In this document: positions 47,241 through 59,700 of the stretch, one piece after another
Layout: every line of letters begins with the position of its first letter
Numbering within the stretch: position 1 is the first letter of the stretch
Assembly (NCBI GenBank): GCA_964434475.1
Contig: CAYSVS010000002.1
Span: 7,604-71,603 of the forward strand
Length of the DNA: 64,000 nucleotides
Origin: an uncultured Methanosarcinales archaeon
Lineage (GTDB): Archaea > Nanobdellota > Nanobdellia > Woesearchaeales > CAYSVS01
Reading direction: 5' to 3'
Translations under genes and position numbers: made by a program
The notes under the pieces: model-generated
Databases searched by the model: none
What the model was told of the DNA's origin: nothing
What the model saw: only the letters and a program-made list of their open reading frames with translations

Positions 47241-47741
47241 ATGAAAAAGAGGTTAAGCGATAAAATAAATAAAAATAACATAGATCTTGATAGTTTAAAT
47301 TCTGAAAATATAATAAAATTGCTTCTTGAGAAGATTTCTGAAACAAAAAAAAGTAGAGGGTTGATAGAAAAAAGAAAAAATATCCCTTTGTCTGTATTCA
47401 AAAATAAAAAATTAGGCATCCTTGAAGCCATAGTTAAATATCTAAAAGAAGAATGCAAGTACAAATACAGCAAGATAGCAAAAATACTTAACAGAGACGA
47501 TAGGACAATATGGACGACATACAATAATGCGAAGAAAAGAAGCAAAAAACCATTGTATATAAAAGAAAGCGATTTTGATATCCCTGTTGAAATATTTTCT
47601 AAGAAAAAATACAGCGCATTAGAAAGCATGTCTGTTTACTTAAGAGACAAGTTTGAACTAGGATATACAGATATCGGAAAAATGCTTGGAAGAAATCCTA
47701 AAACAATCTGGACAACATACAAAAGAGCAAAGAAAAAATGA
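47241..47741 (+). CDS. small basic protein with tandem duplicated HTH (sigma-70 region-4/LuxR-like) modules
   Basis: Two internal repeats carry similar cores: IAKILNRDDRTIWTTYNNAKKRSKK and IGKMLGRNPKTIWTTYKRAKKK. The stop codon overlaps the start of the giant gene (ATGA at 47738-47741). Confidence 0.6.
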   Translation: MKKRLSDKINKNNIDLDSLNSENIIKLLLEKISETKKSRGLIEKRKNIPLSVFKNKKLGILEAIVKYLKEECKYKYSKIAKILNRDDRTIWTTYNNAKKRSKKPLYIKESDFDIPVEIFSKKKYSALESMSVYLRDKFELGYTDIGKMLGRNPKTIWTTYKRAKKK

Positions 47742-50700
47742 ATGAAAAGCTGATGGAAGGACTGAGCATAATTGTTTTGCTAGTTGTCAGTTTAGTATTA
47801 GGATTAAGCGTCAATTATGAAGATAACATAACAGGATTCAGTATTGCAAACTTTGAAAACACATATATGGCGAATGATTCGATAAACATCAATACAGATT
47901 TTAAATTTAATTGCTTTGACATGAACAATACAAAGATATTGGTTGAATTCAACAACAATACAGAGATATACCATATTGAAGAGTTAGAGCACAGTGCAGT
48001 TTATGATAAAACATATGTATTGAACATAAAGGTTAAGTTGGATAATCCTGAACAGATAGGAGAGTATCTGCTAAAGATAAAAGCTACTAGCGACAATGAA
48101 ACGCACAATCTTGAAAAGAAGATACTCATAATGAATAAGACCAATCTTATAGAGATAGAAAAAGAAGCAAGCAATTCTACAGATATCGAAACTAATGAAA
48201 CAAATGTTGTAGAAATAAATGAAACAGAAAAGAAAACAGATATTGAAAATGTCATAAACGAAACACAAATATCAAATCAAACAGAAGCACATAATGATTT
48301 GGCAACAGATGATACAATGCATCAGGATAATAATGAAACAGGAAATATTACAATAAGGATTAACCAAAGCCAAACAAACACAGAAGGAAATGAGCATATG
48401 GATGATGCGTTTAATGAAACAAACATCACAAAGAATATTAAACAAACGCAAAAATATGAAACATTCACATTACAGAGCAAGGAAGGTAAAGACATAGGGG
48501 TTTTTGAGATAAGTGCAAAAGATTCGAAGTATAACTTAAAGATATATGAAGTCGCGAAAAATTCAACAATTCAAGCAGAAGCTACAATAAAGGGGATGAA
48601 AGACATACCTATAGTAAAGACGAAAATAGGCAGAATAAATGAAAAGCACATAAAAACAAAAGTGTTTGCTATAGAGCATATAAAGATACAGGAAGCTGAA
48701 ATAATTCTTCCTAAGACAGGATATGTAGATACAATCTATAGATGCAACAATTTTGATATCGATATCTTCGAATGTGAGGAGGAATGGCAAAAGACAAATA
48801 TAGAGTTCGAAGATCTTGAAAATAGAATAAAATTTACTGTTGATCATTTCAGCGCTTATGCTGGCGGAATAGGTTATGATTCAAGACTGTACATATACGA
48901 TGATACTGACTTTGAGATAAAACAGGTTGAAGAGAATATTTTGTTCTATGCCAACTATACCAACTCAAGTAACCAGACAATATTAGATTCTAATTGCACA
49001 ATAGAATTCAACATTACAGGCAACTGGGAAGGATTATCTAATATGCATTATAATGAGTCTTTGGAATTATGGTTTTTTAACAGAAGCTTTAACGCGTCAG
49101 GAGAAAATCAGTTCAATGTAAGCTGCACTTCCAGTTATGATAATTTAAGTGCGATAGATAGCATCACTATCTACAATGACCATTCAGGACCATATTGGAC
49201 AGAGAATAAGACAAACTTCGAAGGAGTTTCGACATATGAAAAAGATAAAGAGTATATGTTCAATGTTACGTGGAATGATGCAAATGATATAAATGAAGTA
49301 ATTATAGAACATGATTTCAACAGCAGCGTGCACAACTATTCTGTAAATAACATAGGAAATGAATACTATTACACATATACAGGATTAAAGACAGGAACAT
49401 ATAATTGGAAAGAGTATGCATATGACATATTAGGTAATCTTAACTCAACTGATGAATGGCAGTTTGAAATAGTAAAAGCCGAACCTGTGTTGAATTTAAC
49501 TTTGAACAGAATACAAGGAAATGTTTTGGTTAATGAAAATCAAAACTTAAACATTAATGCTTATTGTCAAGAGCCGCATAATGAATATGTGGAATTGTAT
49601 CTTAATGATAGTTTGATAAACAAAGGAACAGGAATATTAAGCAACACAACATCATTTGCAAACGCAGGATTGCATAATTCAACAATAAGGTATCTTGGCA
49701 ATGAAAATTATACTTCAGCAAATATAACATATAATATAAGTGTGAATTCTCAGCCATACATTGATCCGGCAGTACCTAATGTTTCAATATACAGAGATTA
49801 TGGAGATTATGAAATCAATCTTACACATTATGAAAATGATCTTGAAGATTCAGCAGAAAATCTCAGTTGGAGCATAGGGTACATAAACAACAGCTTATTA
49901 CAATACATATTTAATGAGGATGTATTGACGCTGACAACTGTTTCAGCAGCTCATGGAGTAGATAAGCTGGAATTAATATTGACAGACAGCAATGGATTAA
50001 ATGATACGCAGAATATAACTGTATTTATACCTTCAATAGAGCTGCATTCAGAGATAGGAGAATTGTTCATAATAGTTAATAATACGAATTCAACCAGTAT
50101 AATATTGAATGTTACTGATTATTATGCTGATGTTAATTTAACTGTAAACAACAGCAAATGCTCATTAGACAATTATAGTCTAGTAAATTTCATAGGAAAA
50201 AAAGACATAAACTTATCATGTAACTTCAACTACAGCCAAAACATAAGCGAGTATGTATTGATAGATACAAACAAAAGCAACAACCTGACAATAAAGATAA
50301 CTCCTGTTGAACCAAGGTTTAATCTTGAACAGATAAGCGGATACAATATAGTTTCAGGAGGAAGCTTTGATAATTCAATTATGTTGAATGTTTCCTATGT
50401 TTTTGCATTAGATGTAAACAATACAATAGATTGTCCAAATAATTGGGGATGTAATGTTAGTCCAGAGCATTATGCTAAACTAGAGATAGGAAATTATGGA
50501 ATCAATTATTCAATCATAGTGCCCGATGATGAATCTGCAGGAAATTATAGGATAAATTACAGCACATATGACCAATACGGAAGAAAAGAAGATAATTTAT
50601 TTTATGTCAATGTTTCGCAAACACCATTCATCTTTGTTGAAAAGAATAATTTAAGCGCTTATGTTGATATCTGCGAAGATATAGAATATAATATCTATTT

Positions 50701-53700
50701 TGAGAACAATGATCTTGTTAACCTAGACAACATAACAATAATAGATTATCTACCTAGTGATCTTGAGTTTAATTCGTGGAGTACGGAAAACAACAGAACT
50801 ATTGTCGATATGTACAATACAAACTCAAGGATAGTATGGAACAAGAGCAGCATGGAGATAGGAGAAAATATAAGCATAAGCTTGAACTTAACAGCCAACT
50901 GCAGTGCTTATGGTTATAATATCAACAAGGCAAACATAACATATTATTGGAATACTACATCAGGAGCAAGAAGGAATAAAACAACAGAAATCGAAGCACA
51001 CAGAGTTTATGTCAATAAACCAAAGATTGAGCTAGAGATTGTTCCAGATCAAACATTGAAAAATCTCAATCAAACAATAACATGGACATTGAGAATAAGA
51101 AACACAGGAAATGCAACAGCTTACAACATAAACATAAGCTATCTTACAGAGCAAGGTTTTGAATATATAAGTTTCTCGGATATGAGCAACATAAGCAACA
51201 GTAAACCAGGATATGGAGTTGACAATAATCATTCTATACTGTGGATTGCAAACATAACTAAAGGAGATGAATGGACAGCAGAAGTATATGCAAATCCTAA
51301 GTACTGCGATGAAAATTTATTGGATTCTAACTTAAGCGTAAAAGATATCTGCGGATGTGATGAGTTTGATAAACATCTTGAAAGCAATATTAGTTTAAGA
51401 AAAATAATAATTAACAAGACAACAAAGAAAACCGAGTTAGGAATTGGTGAACTTAACACATACACAATCGAAGCACTGGTTTGCGGCGAATATAAAAATT
51501 TGACAATAACAGATAGTTTTCCCAATCTTTTGAATTTTACTAAGAATGATAGTTATGTTGATGATAATGATATAAACATAACAACAATAAAAACAGACAG
51601 AAACTTCAGATGGACACTAAAAAATCACACAGGAAACATGAAGAGCCTTGAAAAATATGTTCACATTAGACTAAACATAAGCCAATACCCTAATAATCTA
51701 TCAAATGACAATGACGAGATAACCAACAATGCAACACTATTGTACTACAATTCTTCAGAGGATGAATCTGATAAATTCTATGAAACAGGAACAAGCGCAG
51801 GAGAAACAAGCATAAGCCAATCTACTATTACAGTATATGAGCCAGATGTACAAATAAGTGTTGAGACTTTGAAAGATACATGGAACATAAGCGATGAACT
51901 GCATGTGAATATTACATTAGTAAATATAGGAAACAATGATGCTTATAATCTGACTATCAACAGCTCGTATGTTGATGGTTTGGAACTGATAAATTCGAGC
52001 TATGAGATGGATTATAATGATACGGAGTTGTTTAGTTGGAAGATAGGCAAACTTGAACAAGCGCAGCAGTTCAGCATAATAGTGAATTATCTAGTCAATG
52101 AAACTTACAAAGATGCAAGAAGAGTGTTAGCTGATGATTATTTAGGAATAGATGCAGATATTGAATACTACAGTTATTACCTCGATAATGAACATAATGC
52201 TGTTCCAAGAGAATATTATGATCAAGACAATAAGCAGATAAAAATAGACAGAGCATATCTTAATTTTGATACTGACAAAATAGTTGCAGCGATAGGAGAA
52301 AAGATAACATATGACATAACAGCAGACTTCAGCAAAGTATATGCTAATGATGCACATATAATAAATAAGATTCCTTTTGGAACAGAATTTATCAGATATA
52401 CTAACTCAAGCTATATGGATCTGACTGTTGATATGAACAGATTGATATTCAATCTTACTAACATTACGGAAAGGAAAAAGATAAATCTAAGCATAGAAGT
52501 TTATGTTAATTCTTCTGCATACGACGGACAAAACTTGATAAATTATGTTAACTTAACATATCAAAACAGCACAGATGATGAGTTTGTCATTCAACATAGT
52601 TCTACTGTAACAGTAAGAGAACCATTCATAGACATAATAAAAGAATTGATGAGCAGCCAAGAAATAAAGATAGGAGATGTTGTTGAATACAATATTACAA
52701 TAATCAATAATGGACTATATGATGGATATAATGTTACTATGCAAGAGAACATATCTGACGGACTGATACTTAATTCATCTTCTCCTGCTTATGATTCTAA
52801 AAACGGAAACATATTAGTATGGCATTACAGCAAATTCCAAAAACAGACAACCAAGAACATATTGCTTAATCTTACAGTCAACAGGACATACAAAAGTGGC
52901 GAGTATGTTAGTGCAAATGATGTTTTCAATAATCATGTTGATATAAATTATTATGGCTTCAATTCAACAATAGCAGAAGAGTATAATGCAACAGTAAATG
53001 CGTATTATAATGAAACATATTCTGATAACAAGGTAGAACTGATAAAACCTCGAATATATGTATTTAGAGACAAGACAAACGCAACAATAGGAGAAAATGT
53101 CAGCTATAATATAGTATTGAATTTCACAGAAACAGCAGGCAATTATGTTGAGCTTAATAACACGCTTGATCAAGGGTTTGTGCTGATAAATGCAACGAAT
53201 AATCCTAGCTATAACGGAAGAAATCTGCTGTGGAGTTTTGGCAATATATCCTTACAAAGAATAGAGATAAACTACTCAGTATATATCAATGATACTTCTA
53301 TAAACGAAAAAGGAAGGAATGTTGAACAAAAGTTTGACTTGAAATATGAAAGCCATAATCTTACTAAACATTATCTAAACAATAAAACATACATTGAGAT
53401 AAAAGAGCCTAATGTTACAATATTTAAACAGCTTATGAGCGATCCTAATTCAGGGATAGGAGAAGTTATAGAATACAATATAACCATAGTCAATCGAGGA
53501 AATTCGGATGCGTTCAATGTTACAATAAAAGATAGGATTCCTAATGGAACATATTACAATACATCTAATCCTGGCTTTGTTAAGGAAGAAAATAAATATC
53601 TGCTTTGGAACTATTCAAGACTAGATGCAGGAGATTATAGGACAATCTTATTGAATTTCACTATAAACAACAGCTATGATGACAGAAGCATTGTCAATTC

Positions 53701-56700
53701 AGGAGACATATTCGGCAACAGCGTAAATATGACATACTATAGCTACAATTATACTCTTGCAAATCCTTACAAAGGAAAAACAAGAAAGTATTACATAGGA
53801 ACCAACAGCGATGCTTTTGTCATAATATCGCCTGAATTCGGAAAAATTACTTCGCCATTGAAGACTATTGCAGGAATAGGAGAGAATATCAACTATGTCA
53901 TAAATGTAAATTATACTGCAGGTGCTAACAATGTTACAGTCAATGACCTATTGCCCGATAATATTGTTCTTGTAAATTATAGCTTTGAAGATAATGCGAC
54001 AACAGATAACAAAACAATACAATGGAACTTTGGAAGAGTTGGAGAGATAAGGCAGGATAATATCAACATAAGAACTTATGTGAATGATTCTAGCTCAGTA
54101 TATGATGGAATAGAGATAGAAAAGAATTATGCTAACCTTACATATATAGGAGAAAACAATACAGTGTACAATCTTTCGTCTTTAAGCAATACAGTTACAG
54201 TGAGAGAACCTAATGTAAACTTGAGCATAGTGTTGATAGGAAACAAGCATCTGAAAATAAAGGATAATGTTGAGTATAAAATATCAATAGAGAATATAGG
54301 GAACTATGCTGCATATAATGTTACTTTACATGACAAGATTCCAGACGGATTATTTTACAATAGTTCAAACATAGGATATAAGGCATTTGAAGATAATATA
54401 TTAGAGTACAATTATCCAAAAATATCTGCAGGAACAGTTAAAAATATTTTGCTGAACTTAACCATAAATGGAACATATGCAGACGGAAATTTAGTGAGTT
54501 CAAACGACAGCATATATGACTCTATCAATACAACATACTATAGCTTTAACCAGACAAAAGCAAAAGAATACGGAGGCATAGTGAGAGAATATTTTAACTC
54601 AAGCTATTCTGAAAACATAAGCTTGATTGCACCTACAATAGAGAAATATGTTAATTCAAGTTTTGGTTATGAAGGAGATATTATCAAATATGTCATAGAA
54701 GTTAACGCAAGCAATGGGTTAAGAAATTTTACTGTTGAAGATAATCTGCCAGAAGGTTTGACTTATGTAAATGATACCAGGCACATTTATTCTAGTTTGG
54801 ATGGAAACAATATAACATGGGAATTTGGAGATGTTCCTAATCAGTTTACATATATCAACATCACTGTAAACATAAGCTCAAGTCCAGATCAAGGAGATGG
54901 AGTATATATAGACAATAATACTGCAACGATATATTACATGAACTCTAACAAGAAAGTATTCAGTCTAAATTCAACAAGCAGCAGGACAGAGATGAATGTG
55001 CCTCCTGAACAGATCAATCTGACATCTCCAGTAGATGAGCATAATACAACTAATAGACAGCCAAGCTTTGACTGGGGTGATTCAAATGATTTAGACATAG
55101 TAGATTCAATAAAGTACTATCTTGAAATATCAAATTCAAGCTGTTTTGAATATTTGTATGCTGATCAGAATACGACACTATCAGAATATACATTGACAGG
55201 AGTGCAGAGTTTAAGTGATGGACAATATTATTGGAGAGTCAAGATATGCGATGATTCTTTAAAGCTAAACAACTGCAGTTATTCTTATGAAAACTTCACA
55301 TTTAGAGTTGATAATGGAGCTCCTGAAATAACAATACATGAGCCTGATGAAGATGAAGTTGTAGCTTGGTTAGTTTACTTTATAGCTAACGCCACAGATA
55401 ATCTGACACATACAGATAAAGTATGGTACACAATAAGCAACAATACATTGATGCAGCAAGGTTTCCTAAACATGTCAAACAGTTGGGAAGCAGTATGGAA
55501 TACTGCAAATATTGTAAGTAATTCAACTGACATAAACCATTTCAATTTTACAGTTTATGCTAATGACACATTGGACAATACAGCAAATAAGACAATTGCA
55601 TTTGTTGTTGATAACAGAAACCCAGGATTACAAATAATATCTCCAGATAAGACCTACCATAATGCAAATATTGGTTTGGATATAAGGCTGAGCAATGAAC
55701 ATCTTAACAAAAGCTGGTTTGAGATAAATTATAGCAGCAGAGCATTGCTGATTTCAAATAATACAGAGATAGGGAAACCTAGGTTCAATTGGACACAACA
55801 AATAGATCTTAGCATAGAGGATAATTACACATTAACTGTTTATGCAGAGGATGAAGTAGGGAATAACATAACTAAGCAAACATGGTTTGTGTATGATACA
55901 AGTGCACCAAACCATCAATTATTTAGAAGTCCTATTCCTGCCTATACTACAGATAATATAACATTATCTGTAATAGTCAATGACAATTATAATATTGATA
56001 CTGTTTACATAACACATAATGCATCTGGAACATATGAAAATCATAGTGTGCAGATCAGCGGAAACAATTATTCAAGAATAATATACCATAATGAAACAAG
56101 CAACCAAGAAAACATAGGATGGTATACTTGGATAAACGACAGCGCCAAGAATGTTAACATATCAAGCATCGAGGCTATAAAAATAGAGAACAGAGTACCT
56201 GTATTCAGTCCTTTGTTAAGCAATAAGATAGCGCAGGAGGATCAAGAGTTTAGATACAATATAAATGCAACAGATTATGATTATGAAGACAGCATAAACT
56301 ATACGACCAATGCAACAGAGTTTATGATAAATAAAAATACAGGATTAATTAATTGGACTCCGACAAATGAGGATGTGGGAGTATTGGTCGTCAATGTTAC
56401 AATATGCGATAATAGCACTGCAGCTGCATATTGTAATTCAAGTGTGTTTAACATTACTGTGAATAATACCAACGATGCGCCTTATGCAGTAAGTTTGGGA
56501 CTGCCTGAAAACAATTCAATTACAAATGATCCTAATCCTTATTTCAACTGGAGCGTTGCAAATGACGTTGATGCAGGAGATAGTTTAACCTATTATTTGA
56601 TTTTAGACAATAACAGTGATTTTAGTTCTGTTGAGTTGATACAAAACACAACAAATAATTTGTATGGATTGACAAATTCACAGAACCTATCAAACGATCA

Positions 56701-59700
56701 ATGGTATTGGCGTGTAAGAACTTGTGACGACAGCTATTCTACGAATAATTGCACATATTCTGCAGAAAACTTTACTTTTACAATAGATGAAAGTACAAGC
56801 ATAGTTACACTGACTGAGCCCATAGATGGCCATAATGCCACCAAAAATAATATGACATTTATCTGCAATGTTACAGATAATTATGGACTAAAGAACATAA
56901 CTTTATTTGCAAATATCACTGGATGGAACAAGTTTGGATCAACTAATATATCTGGTAAGAAAAATTCTTCTGTATTTGTTGTTACAAACATATCAGATGG
57001 ATCATATGTATGGAACTGCCTTGCTTATGATATGGCGGGCAACTATAATTGGGCGCTGAGCAACAATACATTTAGGATAGATACTAATGCGCCTAATATA
57101 ACATACTATTATCCTTCAAATGGCGCAAGTTTAGGATATACAACAACAAAAGTTGAAGCAGAGATAAGGACTGATGAATTGTCTGTATGCTGGTATAATT
57201 TTACAAATAAAAGTTTTGTATATTCACAAGGAAATAATTTCAATGACAGCTATAGATACAATCACAGCCTAAATATTAGCATTAGCCAAGGACAAAGCTA
57301 CAGCATCTATTATCTATGCAATGATAGTTACGGCAACCTAAACAATGAGTCTTATGTGCATAGTTTCTCTGTACAGACGCAGCCAGATGATCCAAGCGGA
57401 GGAGGGGAAGAAGAACCGCCTGCTGAACCAGAATGCACAGCAAGCTGGGAGTGCACAGCTTGGAGTCCTGCAATATGTCCTCCAAGCGGAATACAGACAA
57501 GATCTTGTACATGTTCATGTCCAGGAGGAACTGGGTGTACAGGAGATTATAGTACATCAAGAACTTGCGTATACACGCCAACATGCGATGATGGAATAAA
57601 GAATCAGGATGAAACAGATGTAGATTGCGGAGGAAGCTGTCTGGGATGCAGCACAGGAAAGCAGTGCAGCCAGCAGACAGATTGTTTATCAGGGTTATGC
57701 GTAAGTAATGTATGCAGAGAAGTAGGATGCTTCAACAATATCAAAGATGGAGATGAAACAGATATAGATTGCGGTGGAAGCTGCAGTAAATGCGCGGTGA
57801 ATAAAGCATGTTCAAGCAAAAGCGACTGTTTGTCAAATTTATGTATCAATAATATATGTAAAAATCCTTCTTGCACAGACAGCTTAAAAAACCAGGATGA
57901 AACTGATATAGATTGTGGAGGAAATATTTGTTCAGGATGTGCAGTAGACAAGAACTGCAATGCTAATTCAGACTGCCAAAGCAATTATTGCATAGGAGGA
58001 AAATGCAAGATAGCTTCGTGTTCAGATGGTTTGATGAATCAGGATGAGACAGATGTAGACTGCGGAGGAAGCATATGCGGAAAGTGCAGCATAGGCAAAG
58101 AATGCCTGATAGATCCTGATTGTATCAATAACAACTGCGTTTTAGGACAATGTGTTGAAGTAAGCTGTGATGATGGAATACAAAATGGAGATGAAACAGA
58201 TGTAGATTGCGGAGGAGTATGTGGAAAGTGCAGAATAGGAAGTAGCTGTGCTTTGGATAGCGATTGCGAGAATAATAATTGCTTATCAAACGTATGTGCT
58301 GCAGAGAATTGCGATGACAATATAAAGAACGGAGATGAAACAGATGTAGATTGCGGAGGAAGCTGTCCTAGATGCGATACAGGAAAATCTTGTTCTGTTA
58401 ATTCTGATTGCTCCAGCAACAGCTGCATAGACAACATATGCGGAGCTCCAAACTGTGAAGATAATTCCAAGAATCAGGATGAGACAGATGTAGACTGTGG
58501 AGGAAGCTGCTATGCTTGCGAGGATGGCAAGCAATGTTCTGTAAATTCAGATTGTGCTAGCTTGTTCTGTAAAGAAAATGTTTGCAGACAAGCTTCATGC
58601 ACAGACACTATAATTAACCAGGACGAAACAGATGTAGATTGCGGAGGACCTTGTCAAGGTTGTACTGCAGGAAAGAATTGTATGGTTGATAGCGACTGTA
58701 TAAGCAAATATTGCGTCGCAGGAATGTGCGAAACAGCAAGCTGCACTGACGGTGTGCTCAACGGAGATGAAGAAGGCATAGACTGCGGAGGAAGCTGTCC
58801 AGCGTGTGCTAGCTGTGATGATGGGATCAAGAACGGAGATGAAAAAGGAATAGATTGCGGAGGAAGCTGCCCAGCGTGCTTCTTGGAATGTAGCGATGGA
58901 ACACAGGCAGGAAAATGCTCTGTTGAAAAGCCAAAATATTGTACATTGGATGAGGCTTTGGTGTTTGATTGCGAAAATTGCGGATGTCCTAATACAGGAG
59001 ATGTTTGTCAAGCTGATGGAAAATGCAGAGGAATAGGTAGCTGTTCAGACAGAATACAGAACCAAGGCGAAACAGGAGTGGATTGCGGCGGACCTTGTAA
59101 AGCGTGTGAAGCTACTTGTTTTGATGGATTAAAAAATCAAGGCGAAACAGGAGTAGATTGCGGAGGACCTTGCGAACCTTGCGCTAAAGAGCCTTTGCTT
59201 GAAAAACCAGGGCAATTTGAATTTGATGAAATACAAAGCTATGAATTTATGTTATATGAAAATGATATGCAAGAGTTTGAGATAGACAATATTAAACATA
59301 CAGTGCATGTATCAAAAGTTTATCTGGATAGTGCTGATCTAATAATAAGTTCTGACCCTATAAAGGTTAATGTTAAACTTGGAAAAGAAAGTTATGTAGA
59401 TATTGACGGAGATAATATTTATGATATTAGATTATTAATAAAAGATATAGCAGACAAAGGAATAAGCCTAAAGATAACTGTGCTTGAAGAAAGGATAACT
59501 GCTGCACAAAGAATAAGGCAGTTGTTGGGTCTTGAGGAGAGAGAAAGTTCCATTATACCTCAGGACATAAACATAGATAATATGCCTTGTCTCAAGGATC
59601 CTAAATCCAGCCAAAACAAGATTTCTGTTTTTGGTTCTGATTTTAAGTTTGATACACCTATAGGTTATGATGTCCTGATTGATGGTTTCAATATAATGTG

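Noticed and set aside
57282-59011. Minus-strand ORFs inside the giant gene (57282-57584, 57604-57984, 58039-58470, 58286-58534, 58595-59011) with reiterated 'PPQSISVSS'-like translations
   Set aside because: They lie antisense to the Cys-rich tandem repeat of the giant ORF. Their periodic translation simply mirrors the DNA repeat. The sense strand carries a far longer uninterrupted ORF with coherent domain content.
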